Shown here piece after piece: positions 18,918 to 28,912 of a stretch of DNA of 64,000 nucleotides (its first letter is position 1; each line of letters opens with the position of its first letter). The notes under the pieces are model-generated. The model was not told the origin of the DNA and searched no databases. It saw nothing but the letters and a program-made list of their open reading frames with translations. Position numbers and translations under genes: made by a program. The DNA is from Minisyncoccota bacterium (GTDB taxonomy: Bacteria; Patescibacteriota; Minisyncoccia; Phycocordibacterales; JABAAK01). Where the stretch lies: contig OZ244141.1 of the NCBI GenBank assembly GCA_965216295.1, positions 161,819-225,818 of the forward strand, given 5' to 3'.

Positions 18918-18929
18918 TAATAAAGAGGT

Positions 18930-19487
18930 ATGTCTATTTTCAAAAAAATATTTGGTGGTGAAAAAGGAGCTGAGCACGAAGTGCCTGCTACAGAGAGTGT
19001 GCCAACAAACAAACCACAGGAAGGAGAATCGACGGCACACGAAAAACCTGTTCCAACCGATACACAAACCCTTGTTCATGCTGGGAAACTGCCACGCACC
19101 AAGGTGATGAGGTATAACAGGAAGATACAACAGGCAAAGAGAAAGCAAAAGAGTACGAAGAAGCTTTCTTCACAGGCACCCAAACCAAGTGACCGTATCA
19201 ATGTTTTTGATACTATCATTCGTCCACGGATTACTGAAAAAGCAGCAACGCTCAACGAGAGAAATGTCTATACCTTTGTTGTTCGCAAGGATGCAACAAA
19301 GCAGAGGGTAGCAGATGCTATAGAAGCACTCTATCAAGTGCGACCAAAGCGCGTCTCCATTGCTTCAATTCCAAAGAAACCAAAACGGATGCGTGTTCCA
19401 GGGAAAGAACGACAACATGGATTAACAGGAAAGGGGAAAAAGGCATATGTCTACCTCAAGGATGGTGATTCTATACAACTAACATAA
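18930..19487 (+). CDS. rplW: 50S ribosomal protein L23 with a ~90-aa N-terminal extension (the start could alternatively be internal)
   Basis: The L23 core 'VFDTIIRPRITEKAATLNERNVYTFVVRKDATKQRVADAIEALYQV' is preceded by a low-complexity K/E/P-rich extension. An AAGAGG RBS sits ahead of the 18930 ATG. Confidence 0.8.
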   Translation: MSIFKKIFGGEKGAEHEVPATESVPTNKPQEGESTAHEKPVPTDTQTLVHAGKLPRTKVMRYNRKIQQAKRKQKSTKKLSSQAPKPSDRINVFDTIIRPRITEKAATLNERNVYTFVVRKDATKQRVADAIEALYQVRPKRVSIASIPKKPKRMRVPGKERQHGLTGKGKKAYVYLKDGDSIQLT

Positions 19488-19493
19488 CGTTTT

Positions 19494-20339
19494 ATGAAAA
19501 TGAGAAAACTAAAACCAACGACACCAGGATCACGCGGTACTATTTTACCGTGGTACAGCAAACTGCTTTCACAAGGGAATAAGCCACACCGTCCACTGAC
19601 TCGTGGTGCTCATCGTTCTGTTGGACGAGGAGGTCGTATCACCACTCGCCATCGTGGTGGTGGTCATAAACGGCTCTACCGCCAGATTGATTTTCTCTAC
19701 AACAAGCACGACATGCCAGGGAAGATAGAGAGTATTGAATACGATCCAAACAGAACATCTTTTATCTCCCTTGTCTGTTATCAAGATGGTGAACGTCGTT
19801 ACCTCATAACACCAGAAGGCATTGCTGTTGGTGATACGGTCATAACAGCAGAGAGAGCACCAATCAAACCAGGAAACCGCATGATGCTCAAAAACATTCC
19901 TATCGGTTCACGCGTGTATAACGTGGAACTCAAGAAAGATGGTGGTGCTAAGTTGGCACGGTCTGCTGGTAACGCTGCAGAGGTACTTGGTCATGATGGT
20001 ACGAAAGCACACATCCGATTACCATCACATGAGGTACGTAAGGTGCCGACAGCAGCGTTTGCCTCTATTGGGAGCGTTGGGAATGCCTCACACCACCTCT
20101 CAGTGACCGGTAAGGCAGGTCGCACTCGATGGATGGGAAGACGACCAACGGTGCGAGGAAACGCAATGAACCCCGTTGATCACCCACATGGTGGTGGTGA
20201 AGGACGACAAGGGCGTGGGCGCCGTCGTGCAGTGACGAAATGGGGGAAACCTTCTGGGAAAGGGCAGAAGACGCGTAGTCCAAAACGATATTCTGACACA
20301 CTCATTGTGCGTCGTCGAACGAAAAGGAAGAAGAAATAG
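19494..20339 (+). CDS. rplB: 50S ribosomal protein L2
   Basis: 'GRGGRITTRHRGGGHKR', 'MNPVDHPHGGGEG' L2 signature. Confidence 0.95.
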   Translation: MKMRKLKPTTPGSRGTILPWYSKLLSQGNKPHRPLTRGAHRSVGRGGRITTRHRGGGHKRLYRQIDFLYNKHDMPGKIESIEYDPNRTSFISLVCYQDGERRYLITPEGIAVGDTVITAERAPIKPGNRMMLKNIPIGSRVYNVELKKDGGAKLARSAGNAAEVLGHDGTKAHIRLPSHEVRKVPTAAFASIGSVGNASHHLSVTGKAGRTRWMGRRPTVRGNAMNPVDHPHGGGEGRQGRGRRRAVTKWGKPSGKGQKTRSPKRYSDTLIVRRRTKRKKK

Positions 20340-20415
20340 AGCGGATATTGTTTGACCACACACCCATATTCCGTTAGTATGAGGAGTATGCACTGTGTGC
20401 AGAGGTGAATACTAT

Positions 20416-20760
20416 ATGACAAGATCAATTAAAAAAGGTCCCTTTGTGGATGTTAAACTGATGAAGAAAATACAGGGTAAACAGCCCAAAGACGTTGGTG
20501 TTATACGCACATGGGCACGACAAAGTCAGGTGGCACCAGAAATGGTTGGATTTACTTTTGGTGTTCACAACGGCAAGGAGCATATACCAATATTCATTAC
20601 CGAAGAAATGGTAGGGCATGCACTTGGTGAGTTTTCTATGACCAAACGATTTGGACGACACGGTGGTAAGTTACAGAAGGCAGCTGATGAATCAAGGAAG
20701 CAATCAGAGATTGATGCAGCTAAAGCAGCACGAACAACGTCTGCAAGTAAAAAACAATAG
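20416..20760 (+). CDS. rpsS: 30S ribosomal protein S19 with a short C-terminal extension
   Basis: '[12 protein letters not shown]...[27 protein letters not shown]'. Confidence 0.9.
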   Translation: MTRSIKKGPFVDVKLMKKIQGKQPKDVGVIRTWARQSQVAPEMVGFTFGVHNGKEHIPIFITEEMVGHALGEFSMTKRFGRHGGKLQKAADESRKQSEIDAAKAARTTSASKKQ

Positions 20761-20763
20761 TGT

Positions 20764-21081
20764 ATGAAAGCAATACTTCGAAATTATCGTCAATCACCAC
20801 GCAAGGTCGCACTTGTTGGTGACGCCATACGGAACAAAGAAGTGTCTGAAGCACTGACTCTTCTTCGCTTCATGGATCAGAAGGCAAGTATTGCTGTTGC
20901 AAAACTCGTCCGTTCTGCGGTTGCTGCCGTCAAAGATCAAGGAGGAAAGACAGAGAACCTCACTATTAAACAGTTGGTGGTTGATAAAGGTCCGACACAG
21001 TACCGTCATCGTCCACGAGCTCGTGGTCGTACAGCACAAATTGCTAAACAGACAAGCCATATAACGATAGAAGTTTTATAA
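20764..21081 (+). CDS. rplV: 50S ribosomal protein L22
   Basis: 'ILRNYRQSPRKVALVGDAIRNK...' L22 family. Confidence 0.9.
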   Translation: MKAILRNYRQSPRKVALVGDAIRNKEVSEALTLLRFMDQKASIAVAKLVRSAVAAVKDQGGKTENLTIKQLVVDKGPTQYRHRPRARGRTAQIAKQTSHITIEVL

Positions 21082-21092
21082 TTACAGTATCT

Positions 21093-21764
21093 ATGACACA
21101 CGTATCACATCCATATGGTTTTCGACTAGGAATCACAAAAGATTGGCACACAAATTGGTTTGCTAAGTCACCTGTGAAGTATCGTGCCTTGGTACGTGAA
21201 GATTTTCTCCTAAGACAGTTTTTGGAAAAAGAACTCGTTGATAAGATGGTGAGCAATGTTCGTTTTGAAAGAGACAGCAAGTCATTAGTTATCTTTATTC
21301 GAACGGGACGCCCTGGTTTCATTATTGGTAGAGAAGGAACAGGAGTTGATGTTCTCACGAAAAAAATAAAACACTTTATGAAAAAGCAAAAACTTGATGT
21401 TGGCTTGAAAGTGAGTATTCGTATTGAAGAAGTGCGCTATCACGAGCAAGAGGCAGCGTTGATTGCTGAGTCAGTTTCTGAGATGCTTAAGAAGCGTATG
21501 CCATATCGTCGTGTGATAAAGCAGACAATTGATAAGGTGATGGCAAATCACGAGGTAAAAGGGGCACGTATTGTCCTGTCAGGTCGTCTCGGTGGCGTTG
21601 AGATTGCTCGTCGAGAGCAGGTCAAGCGAGGGAGTATTCCTTTGCAAACCATCCGTGCCGACATTGACTATACTCACAAAGGTGCAATACTTCCATATGG
21701 TACCATCGGCATCAAGGTCTGGATTTATAAAGGAGAGATTGATCAGAAAGATAATAAACGATAA
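21093..21764 (+). CDS. rpsC: 30S ribosomal protein S3
   Basis: 'HPYGFRLGITKDWHTNWFA', KH domain 'GFIIGREGTGVDVL', 'LSGRLGGVEIARRE'. Confidence 0.95.
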   Translation: MTHVSHPYGFRLGITKDWHTNWFAKSPVKYRALVREDFLLRQFLEKELVDKMVSNVRFERDSKSLVIFIRTGRPGFIIGREGTGVDVLTKKIKHFMKKQKLDVGLKVSIRIEEVRYHEQEAALIAESVSEMLKKRMPYRRVIKQTIDKVMANHEVKGARIVLSGRLGGVEIARREQVKRGSIPLQTIRADIDYTHKGAILPYGTIGIKVWIYKGEIDQKDNKR

Positions 21765-21767
21765 AGT

Positions 21768-22199
21768 ATGTTACTCCCAAAGAAAGTAAAGTATCGTCGT
21801 TGGCAAAAGATGCGTGTTAATCAAGGTAAGCTTCAAAATCGTGTGAGTACTCGTGGTACGAAGGTTTCGTTTGGAGATTTTGGTATGAAGGTACTTGAAG
21901 CTGGCAATATTCGTTCCAACCAGATTGAGGCTGCTCGTCGAGTCATTTCACGCTCAACGGGGAAGGTGGGAAAAACATGGATACGCATTTTTCCTGACAG
22001 ACCAGTCACGAAAAAAGCAGCTGAAGTCCCTATGGGTAAAGGCAAGGGCGATTTGAACTGTTATGAGTTTCGTGTGCTCCCTGGTCGTATCATTTTTGAA
22101 GTGGCAGGGGTTTCCGAGAAACTTGCCCACGAAGCTATCACCAAGGCGGGAAAGAAGTTGCCAGTGCGGATTAAGATGGTCCAGAGGATTGCTGGATAG
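21768..22199 (+). CDS. rplP: 50S ribosomal protein L16
   Basis: 'MLLPKKVKYRRWQK...GDFGMKVLEAGNI...RIFPDRPVTKK'. Confidence 0.95.
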   Translation: MLLPKKVKYRRWQKMRVNQGKLQNRVSTRGTKVSFGDFGMKVLEAGNIRSNQIEAARRVISRSTGKVGKTWIRIFPDRPVTKKAAEVPMGKGKGDLNCYEFRVLPGRIIFEVAGVSEKLAHEAITKAGKKLPVRIKMVQRIAG

Positions 22200-22207
22200 T
22201 ATCGTGT

Positions 22208-22426
22208 ATGAAAACAAACAAGAAGACAGCAGGAACACTTACCACAAAGAGTCATGAAGAGCTCATAGAGAAACTTCGTGGATGTAAGAAAGAGTTACAG
22301 CAGGCACGATTTCGTCTCACTCCTGAAACGCAAGCGAAGACGAGTCGTCACAAGGAATTGCGAAAAGAAATTGCACGAATCTCAACCGAACTTGTGGCAA
22401 AGAAAAAAGCATCTCTGAAGGTGTAA
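22208..22426 (+). CDS. rpmC: 50S ribosomal protein L29
   Basis: 'SHEELIEKLRGCKKELQQARFRL' L29 family. Confidence 0.85.
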   Translation: MKTNKKTAGTLTTKSHEELIEKLRGCKKELQQARFRLTPETQAKTSRHKELRKEIARISTELVAKKKASLKV

Positions 22427-22441
22427 GGAGATATAAACTAT

Positions 22442-22729
22442 ATGAAACAAAACGATAAAAAGATATCAGAAAAAAGCGGCGGGAAAGTATTGCAAGGCAC
22501 TGTTGTGTCAGACAAGATGCAAGACACTATTGTTGTTGCAGTCAACCGTTTTGTTAAAAACAAACGGTACAGTAAATATCAAAAGGTAACGAAACGATAC
22601 AGTGTTCATTGTCCAGCAGTAAACGGAACAACGGTTGCGGTTGGTGACAAAGTTTCTATCAAAGAAACCCGTCCCATTTCAAAAACAAAATCATTTGTTC
22701 TTGTTCAGGATACAGAAAAACACGTATGA
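22442..22729 (+). CDS. rpsQ: 30S ribosomal protein S17
   Basis: 'VLQGTVVSDKMQDTIVVAV...KYQKVTKRYSVHCPA' S17 OB-fold. Confidence 0.9.
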   Translation: MKQNDKKISEKSGGKVLQGTVVSDKMQDTIVVAVNRFVKNKRYSKYQKVTKRYSVHCPAVNGTTVAVGDKVSIKETRPISKTKSFVLVQDTEKHV

Positions 22730-23094
22730 TACAACCACAAACAATAGTCAAAGTAACAGATAATTCAGGAGCTCGTACCGCTCGAGTGTTTAAAGTGCTT
22801 GGTAGTACCAAGCGTCGATATGCTCGCATCGGTGATCGGGTGGTGATAGCGATTCAGACAGCTGAACCACGAAGAACCGTCAAGAAAAAGCAGGTACTCC
22901 ATGCAGTTGTTGTTCGACAACGCAAGCCATTCCGTCGCAATGATGGCTCATACATCAGTTTTAGTGAAAATGCGGTGGTATTGGTTGATAAGAAGAAGGA
23001 ATTGCAGGCAACCCGTGTGTTCGGTCCCGTTCCCCGTGAACTTGATCAATTGGGGTATAAGAAAATAACATCACTTGCCCCAGAGGTTGTTTAA
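22726..23094 (+). CDS. rplN: 50S ribosomal protein L14
   Basis: 'MIQPQTIVKVTDNSGAR...IGDRVVIAI' L14 signature. Confidence 0.95.
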   Translation: MIQPQTIVKVTDNSGARTARVFKVLGSTKRRYARIGDRVVIAIQTAEPRRTVKKKQVLHAVVVRQRKPFRRNDGSYISFSENAVVLVDKKKELQATRVFGPVPRELDQLGYKKITSLAPEVV

Positions 23095-23127
23095 GGGGGT
23101 ACATGAGTTGTATAGTAGACATATCAT

Positions 23128-23499
23128 ATGAAAATACGTAGAGGTGATACAGTTATTGTCATTACAGGAAAAAACCGTGGGACGGTTGGTGAGGTATTGC
23201 AAACCATACCAGACAATGAGCGGGTGATTGTTCGTGAGGTAAATATCAGGACACGTCATATAAAACCAAGGAATCGTAGTGAGAAAGGAAGTATTGTGAA
23301 ACAAGAGATGCCCATTGCCATCTCAAACGTTGCTCTCTATGATCCAAAGGTCAAGAAACCGACGCGGGTATACTATGCTGTAGAAGAAACTAAGAATGGT
23401 AGAAAGAAAACACGAATGACGAGGAAGAGTAATACAGTACTTCCTGCGCCATCTGCGCAAAAGAAAACAAAGAAAGTGATAAAGAAAGATGACAAATAG
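23128..23499 (+). CDS. rplX: 50S ribosomal protein L24
   Basis: 'MKIRRGDTVIVITGKNRGTVGEV' KOW motif. Confidence 0.9.
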   Translation: MKIRRGDTVIVITGKNRGTVGEVLQTIPDNERVIVREVNIRTRHIKPRNRSEKGSIVKQEMPIAISNVALYDPKVKKPTRVYYAVEETKNGRKKTRMTRKSNTVLPAPSAQKKTKKVIKKDDK

Positions 23500-23502
23500 T
23501 AT

Positions 23503-24057
23503 ATGAAACAGACACAAGAAAGAATACAGGCATTTTTTGCAGAGAACCGTGAACGATTTCACTGGAGTAACCCTATGCAATCTCCACGGATTGAAAAGGT
23601 AGTTATTTCAGTGGGAACAGGACGCATTCGCAAAGATGCTCAACGAATAAAACTAATCCAAGAAAGACTTGCTCTTATCACTGGACAGAAGTTATCACCT
23701 CGTATTGCAAAAAAATCTATCGCTTCGTTTAAATTACGTAAGGGTGAAGTTATCGGCTATGCAGCAACACTTCGTGGGAATCGCATGATTAGTTTTCTTG
23801 ACCGTCTCTGCCATATAGCATTGCCAAGGACGCGTGACTTTCAAGGTATTCCAAAAAGTGCGGTTGATACAATGGGTAATCTCAGTATCGGTATTCGTGA
23901 ACACACCGTGTTTCCAGAGGTTGCGGATGAAAATCTCCACGACGTATTTAGTTTTTCTGTCACCATCGTTACCACAACAAGCGATAGTGATGTTTCCATT
24001 GCATTTTTAAAAGCAATTGGTATTCCTTTTGTTAGAGAAGAAGAAAAAGAGTCATAG
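23503..24057 (+). CDS. rplE: 50S ribosomal protein L5
   Basis: 'SPRIEKVVISVGTG...' L5 family. Confidence 0.9.
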   Translation: MKQTQERIQAFFAENRERFHWSNPMQSPRIEKVVISVGTGRIRKDAQRIKLIQERLALITGQKLSPRIAKKSIASFKLRKGEVIGYAATLRGNRMISFLDRLCHIALPRTRDFQGIPKSAVDTMGNLSIGIREHTVFPEVADENLHDVFSFSVTIVTTTSDSDVSIAFLKAIGIPFVREEEKES

Positions 24058-24205
24058 AAAGGATATTTCTGTTGTTTGACTTTGCTGTGGTGTACTGTTA
24101 CAGTGCATTCACTGGAGATAATCCGCAGTGTTCTCTTTGTTCCCCATCATAATTGCTGGGAAACACAGAAGATATTGGGTGATATTTCTTTGGTAAAAAA
24201 AGTAT

Positions 24206-24475
24206 ATGGCACGAAAAGCAGTCATAGCAAGAAACGAAAAAAGAATCCGTTTGGTGAAGAAGTATGCTGAGAAGCGAAAAGAGCTGAAGAAGCGTGGTGA
24301 TTGGGCTGGACTTCAAAAACTCCCTCGCAACTCCTCACCTGTACGTGTATGTAATCGTTGTTTCATCACTGGACGATCTCACGGATACATGCGCTTGTTT
24401 GGCGTTTCTCGTATCTGTTTTCGTGAACAAGCATTAAGTGGTCATATACCTGGTGTCAAAAAGTCGTCATGGTAA
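24206..24475 (+). CDS. rpsN: 30S ribosomal protein S14 (zinc-ribbon type)
   Basis: '[13 protein letters not shown]...[26 protein letters not shown]'. A 148-bp spacer separates it from rplE. Confidence 0.9.
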   Translation: MARKAVIARNEKRIRLVKKYAEKRKELKKRGDWAGLQKLPRNSSPVRVCNRCFITGRSHGYMRLFGVSRICFREQALSGHIPGVKKSSW

Positions 24476-24864
24476 CAGATGTTGTTGCAGATTTCATTAC
24501 CCGCATTAGAAATGCGAGCGCGGTTAAAAAAGACCGCGTTGCAGTGCCATATTCACAGATGCGCTATAACATCGCACGTAAGCTCGTGTCAAAAAATTTT
24601 CTCACTAAAGTGGAAAAAGAAGGGCATGGTGTTCGCAAACAATTAGTCCTCACACTCTCATACGGTAAAGAGAGGGCACCACAGGTGCGCGGTATTCAAC
24701 GTGTTTCAAAACCAGGATGTCGCGTCTATTCACATATCAAGGATGTTCATCCACACCGGCAAGGGACTGGCTGTGTCATTCTCTCTACTTCAAAAGGTAT
24801 TCTTGCAGACGATGAAGCGCGCAAAGAACGAGTTGGTGGTGAAGTACTTTTTACAATTTGGTAA
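24469..24864 (+). CDS. rpsH: 30S ribosomal protein S8
   Basis: '[27 protein letters not shown]' S8 family. Confidence 0.9.
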   Translation: MVTDVVADFITRIRNASAVKKDRVAVPYSQMRYNIARKLVSKNFLTKVEKEGHGVRKQLVLTLSYGKERAPQVRGIQRVSKPGCRVYSHIKDVHPHRQGTGCVILSTSKGILADDEARKERVGGEVLFTIW

Positions 24865-24865
24865 T

Positions 24866-25408
24866 ATGTCAAGAATTGGTAAACGACCCATCCCCATTCC
24901 AGAAGGTGTCCAGGTGACCTTTGATGGCGCTGTCTTGACTGTGAAAGGACCAAAAGGGACACTGCATCGCGACATCAGGAAAGATGTTGCTATCACGATT
25001 GCTGACGATACCGTTGTTGTCACACCAGCCCTGAAGACACGTATTGTGAAAAGTCTTTGGGGTACCTACGCATCACACATCACTAATATGGTGATCGGGG
25101 TTACCGAAGGATATCGGAAAATTTTGCTCGTTACTGGTGTTGGATATCGGGTTGAGAAGAAAGGAGAGACCATTTCTTTGAAAGTTGGCTTCTCACACAC
25201 GGTGGATCTCTCTATTCCTCAAGGACTTTCGGTGGAGGTGAAAGACAACACTATTACTATTGATGGATTTGATAAAGAATTGGTGGGTGCATTTGCTGCA
25301 GAAGTGCGTGCGGTTAAAAAGGCCGAACCGTATAAAGGGAAGGGTATCCGCTATCACGATGAAGTAGTTCGTCGTAAACAAGGGAAAAAAGCAGCAACAG
25401 CTGCATAA
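24866..25408 (+). CDS. rplF: 50S ribosomal protein L6
   Basis: 'MSRIGKRPIPIPEGVQVTFDGAVLTVKGPKGTL'. The ATG lies 1 nt after the rpsH stop. Confidence 0.9.
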   Translation: MSRIGKRPIPIPEGVQVTFDGAVLTVKGPKGTLHRDIRKDVAITIADDTVVVTPALKTRIVKSLWGTYASHITNMVIGVTEGYRKILLVTGVGYRVEKKGETISLKVGFSHTVDLSIPQGLSVEVKDNTITIDGFDKELVGAFAAEVRAVKKAEPYKGKGIRYHDEVVRRKQGKKAATAA

Positions 25409-25413
25409 CAAGT

Positions 25414-25770
25414 ATGAAACTCAGTACAACAAAACAAAAACAGCAAAAGCGTGATCGTCGCCATATCCGTATTCGTGCAAGAGTACGTGGAACACCAGAG
25501 CGACCACGTCTTGCAATATTTAAATCAAATACCAATGTGTATGCACAGATTATTGATGATACATCAGGAAACACACTCGTTGGAGCTGCCTCTATCAAGA
25601 GTACTGTGAAGGGCAAAACGGCGAAGGCTCAAGAGCTCGGTACTATGATTGCTCAGGAGGCACAAAAGAAAGGTATCAGTGCGGTTGTGTTTGATCGTGG
25701 CGGATTTATGTACACTGGCGTTGTTGCGACATTTGCCGATGCTGCACGAAAGGGAGGGTTACTATTCTAG
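25414..25770 (+). CDS. rplR: 50S ribosomal protein L18
   Basis: 'RPRLAIFKSNTNVYAQIIDD...AVVFDRGGFMYTGVVATFADAARKGG'. Confidence 0.9.
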   Translation: MKLSTTKQKQQKRDRRHIRIRARVRGTPERPRLAIFKSNTNVYAQIIDDTSGNTLVGAASIKSTVKGKTAKAQELGTMIAQEAQKKGISAVVFDRGGFMYTGVVATFADAARKGGLLF

Positions 25771-25773
25771 CGT

Positions 25774-26370
25774 ATGGTTGAAGAAACAATGAAACAAGAA
25801 GATAAAAAAAAGAAGGTAACTTCTGAAAGCGCAGCTGTTGTGAAAAAAGAAGATCCATTCAAAAAAGAAGGAAAATCACCATTTGCAAAAAAAGGTAAGA
25901 AAGGTAATGAACGATTTTCAAAGACTCGGTATGGTCGTAGTCAAAATCGTAACGAAGTTGATCGCCAACTTCTTTCTGTTCGTCGTGTTGCTCGTGTGGT
26001 TGCAGGTGGTCGTCGTTTCAGTTTAAGTGTTGCCGTTGGTGTTGGTGATCGTCAGGGTCGCGTTGGTATTGGAACAGGAAAGGGACCAGATATGGCAACA
26101 GCTATGGAAAAGGCAACAAACAAAGCGCGAAAGAATATGATTACTATACCACTCACCAAAAATGGGAGTATTCCTCATGAGACACAGGCAAAGTACTGTT
26201 CATCAATGATTGCACTTCGTCCTGCTGAGGGGTTTGTTGCAGGAGGCGCGGTGCGCATCATCAGTGAACTTGCGGGTATCAAAAAGATAAGTGCAAAGAT
26301 ACTCTCGAGGAGTAAGAGTCAGTTGAACAACGCTCGCGCTACGCTCAAAGCATTGTCGCAATGCAAGTAA
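25774..26370 (+). CDS. rpsE: 30S ribosomal protein S5, with a Lys-rich N-terminal extension
   Basis: 'LLSVRRVARVVAGGRRFSLSVAVGVGDRQGRVGIGTGKG' S5 dsRBD/S5 domain 2. Confidence 0.9.
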   Translation: MVEETMKQEDKKKKVTSESAAVVKKEDPFKKEGKSPFAKKGKKGNERFSKTRYGRSQNRNEVDRQLLSVRRVARVVAGGRRFSLSVAVGVGDRQGRVGIGTGKGPDMATAMEKATNKARKNMITIPLTKNGSIPHETQAKYCSSMIALRPAEGFVAGGAVRIISELAGIKKISAKILSRSKSQLNNARATLKALSQCK

Positions 26371-26379
26371 AAAGACTAT

Positions 26380-26985
26380 ATGTTACACACCATCTCTTCT
26401 CCTAAAAAAACTAAGAAGCGTATTGGTCGTGGCGGAAACCGTGGTAAAAATGCTGGTCGTGGGGACAAGGGACAAAAGTCACGTGCCGGTCACTGTATTC
26501 GTCCTGCCATTCGTGATGTTCTACAACGTATTCCCAAGTTGCGCGGACATGGAAAGAATCGTTCACGAGGTGTTCGTGGCGGTCTATCAAGCATCGTTCA
26601 GATAAATCTCACCAAACTTGCAGAACGTTGCAAAGAGGGTGATACGATTTCACCAAAACGTCTTGAACACATGGGATTGATTGGTAAGTTGCGAGGGAAA
26701 ACACCAACAGTGAAAGTTTTGAGTGTTGGTGATATAACAAAAGCAATTCACGTTTATCACTGTTCTGTTTCTGCTCGTGCTGCTGATAAAATTATTAAAG
26801 CGGGAGGAAGTGTCCATGGTGGTACAAAAAAGGCGAAGATAAGGAGAGGTGTTCAGGGTGATACAAAAGAGACGAACACAAAGAGTGGTATAAAAGAGAC
26901 GAAGGCAAAGAAGAGTGATACAAAAAAAGAGACGAAGGCAAAGAAGAGTGATACAAAAAAAGAGACGAAAGTGAAGAAAGAATAG
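26380..26985 (+). CDS. rplO: 50S ribosomal protein L15 with a C-terminal Lys-rich tandem-repeat tail. There is no rpmD (L30) between rpsE and rplO
   Basis: 'KRIGRGGNRGKNAGRGDKGQKSRAG' L15 N-terminus. The tail 'KETKAKKSDTK' is repeated and is encoded by a 33-bp tandem repeat at ~26880-26980. Confidence 0.9.
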   Translation: MLHTISSPKKTKKRIGRGGNRGKNAGRGDKGQKSRAGHCIRPAIRDVLQRIPKLRGHGKNRSRGVRGGLSSIVQINLTKLAERCKEGDTISPKRLEHMGLIGKLRGKTPTVKVLSVGDITKAIHVYHCSVSARAADKIIKAGGSVHGGTKKAKIRRGVQGDTKETNTKSGIKETKAKKSDTKKETKAKKSDTKKETKVKKE

Positions 26986-26993
26986 AATAGTAT

Positions 26994-28280
26994 ATGTTTG
27001 AAAAGACAAAAACATTTTTTACTGACGGATACCTACTGAAAAGGTTTGTCATTCTTATTGTTGGCCTTATTCTCTTTCGTATTCTTGCTACGATACCATT
27101 GCCACAGTTTGATTCCAATATTATTGCCTCTATTGTTGGTCAAAACCAACTCCTCGGTGTCTTCGATATATTCTCTGGAGGTGGTCTTTCAAACCTCTCC
27201 GTTGCGATGTTGGGTGTTTTCCCATACATTACCGTTGCCATTGTAGTGCAACTGTTGACTGTTGTTTCCCCTGCTATTCATTCCCTGTATCACGAAGAAG
27301 GTGAGATAGGGAGGAAAAAAGTATCGTACTGGAGTCGTGTTGCAACGGTACCTGTTGCAATATTGAACGCAACCGGTATTCTTGCATACTTCACGGTACA
27401 AGGATTTCTTCCCGAGGCGATTGCACTCTCTGAGTACATTAGTGCCATTGTGTTAATTGTTGCTGGAAGTTTGCTTTTGATGTGGATTGGTGAACTTATC
27501 ACGGAGTTTGGTATTGGTAATGGTATTTCATTCATTGTGTTTGCTGGTATTGTGGTGAATATTCCCGTATTAGTAAACACACTCTTACAAAATATTGATG
27601 TCGCGACACCGTTGGCAGACCTTCCATTCCTCATTACCATTGCAGTAGGTATTTTTGTTGCCACCATGTTTGCCATTTGGATGAATGAGGCGGATCGTCC
27701 CATTCCCATCACCTATGCTCGATACGGTATTTCTCACGGCTCAACGGCAAGTCGTGTTGATACTTACATTCCTATCAAGGTGAATCCAGTTGGAGTGCTT
27801 TCTATTATTTTTGCTTTGACTGTCACTGCTTTTTTTCAATTCATTTTCCGATGGATGAGTGGTTTAGATACGGCTGCACTTGCAGCGGTCGGTCAAGCAG
27901 TCACTGATTTTCTTGCGGTTGGTTTTTTCTACGCGATACCGCTCGGTGTTCTCACAGCATTCTTCACCTACTTCCACGCCCCTATTGTATTCAATGTTCA
28001 GAAAGTGGCTGATAACATTCAAAAACAAGGAGCTTTCGTTCCTGGATTGCGCCCCGGTGAAGAAACAGCAAGGCACTTTGGAGAAACCTTACAACGAATT
28101 ATCTTCTATGCCGCTTTGTTCCTAACAACTATTACGGTCGTTCCGTTTTTCTTTAGTGGAGCAACGGCAAACACCTTCCTCTTTGCTGTTGGTGGAACAG
28201 GACTCATCATTATCGTGTCTGTGGTGATGGATATACATCGAAAAGTGAGCACTCGTCTTGCTCATGTAATGGGTACATAA
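26994..28280 (+). CDS. secY: Preprotein translocase subunit SecY
   Basis: Ten TM segments and the 'LLGVFDIFSGGGLSNLSVAMLGVFPYITVAIVVQLL' SecY signature region. Confidence 0.95.
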   Translation: MFEKTKTFFTDGYLLKRFVILIVGLILFRILATIPLPQFDSNIIASIVGQNQLLGVFDIFSGGGLSNLSVAMLGVFPYITVAIVVQLLTVVSPAIHSLYHEEGEIGRKKVSYWSRVATVPVAILNATGILAYFTVQGFLPEAIALSEYISAIVLIVAGSLLLMWIGELITEFGIGNGISFIVFAGIVVNIPVLVNTLLQNIDVATPLADLPFLITIAVGIFVATMFAIWMNEADRPIPITYARYGISHGSTASRVDTYIPIKVNPVGVLSIIFALTVTAFFQFIFRWMSGLDTAALAAVGQAVTDFLAVGFFYAIPLGVLTAFFTYFHAPIVFNVQKVADNIQKQGAFVPGLRPGEETARHFGETLQRIIFYAALFLTTITVVPFFFSGATANTFLFAVGGTGLIIIVSVVMDIHRKVSTRLAHVMGT

Positions 28281-28906
28281 TGGAGAGTATGCAGATATCC
28301 TGTCATAATACCGCTTACCTTTTTTTTGGGATTCCTGGTTCTGGTAAGAGTACTCAAAGAAAAAAGTTGGCTGAAACATTTACCGAAGAAAAGCTATCAT
28401 TCATTCAACTTGATACTGGTTCTCTCATTAGAGACTTCATAGCCTCAAAGAAGAAAACCGCATTGGCAATAAAAATACAACAAGTCCTTGATAAAGGTGC
28501 GTTGCTCCCATCATCTTTTCCAGTATGGCTTTGGATGAACACTCTTGTTGCAGGATACCGAGACGGTGATGCCATTATCGTCGACGGTGGCGGAAGAAAA
28601 CCAATTGAAGCAAAACTCCTCGTAGAGTTACTCGCATTTATTGGAGTGGATACTGTGAAAGGTGTTCTCCTTGAAGTGTCAGATGAAAACGCGATAGAAC
28701 GATTGGGGACACGCGGTCGTCCTGATGATGCTGATGAGTCGGTACAACATCGCTTACAGATCTATCGTGATGAGAAGGAGGGGACAACAGGCTCTATTAC
28801 CTTTCTTGAAAAACATCCACAGGTTCAGATGCACCATATTGATGGTTCGGGAACACCACAAGATGTCCATACCCGCCTGTTAAAAACACTTTTTCCAAAT
28901 ACATAA
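28280..28906 (+). CDS. adk: Adenylate kinase family nucleoside monophosphate kinase
   Basis: P-loop 'FGIPGSGKSTQ' and NMP/LID-like regions. The start overlaps the secY stop (TAATGG). Confidence 0.8.
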   Translation: MESMQISCHNTAYLFFGIPGSGKSTQRKKLAETFTEEKLSFIQLDTGSLIRDFIASKKKTALAIKIQQVLDKGALLPSSFPVWLWMNTLVAGYRDGDAIIVDGGGRKPIEAKLLVELLAFIGVDTVKGVLLEVSDENAIERLGTRGRPDDADESVQHRLQIYRDEKEGTTGSITFLEKHPQVQMHHIDGSGTPQDVHTRLLKTLFPNT

Positions 28907-28912
28907 CGATTT

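Noticed and set aside
18930-19210. Treating the N-terminal 90 aa of the L23 ORF as a separate gene
   Set aside because: It is in frame with the L23 core with no intervening stop, and has a good RBS at 18930. I kept it as an extension but flagged the alternative internal start.
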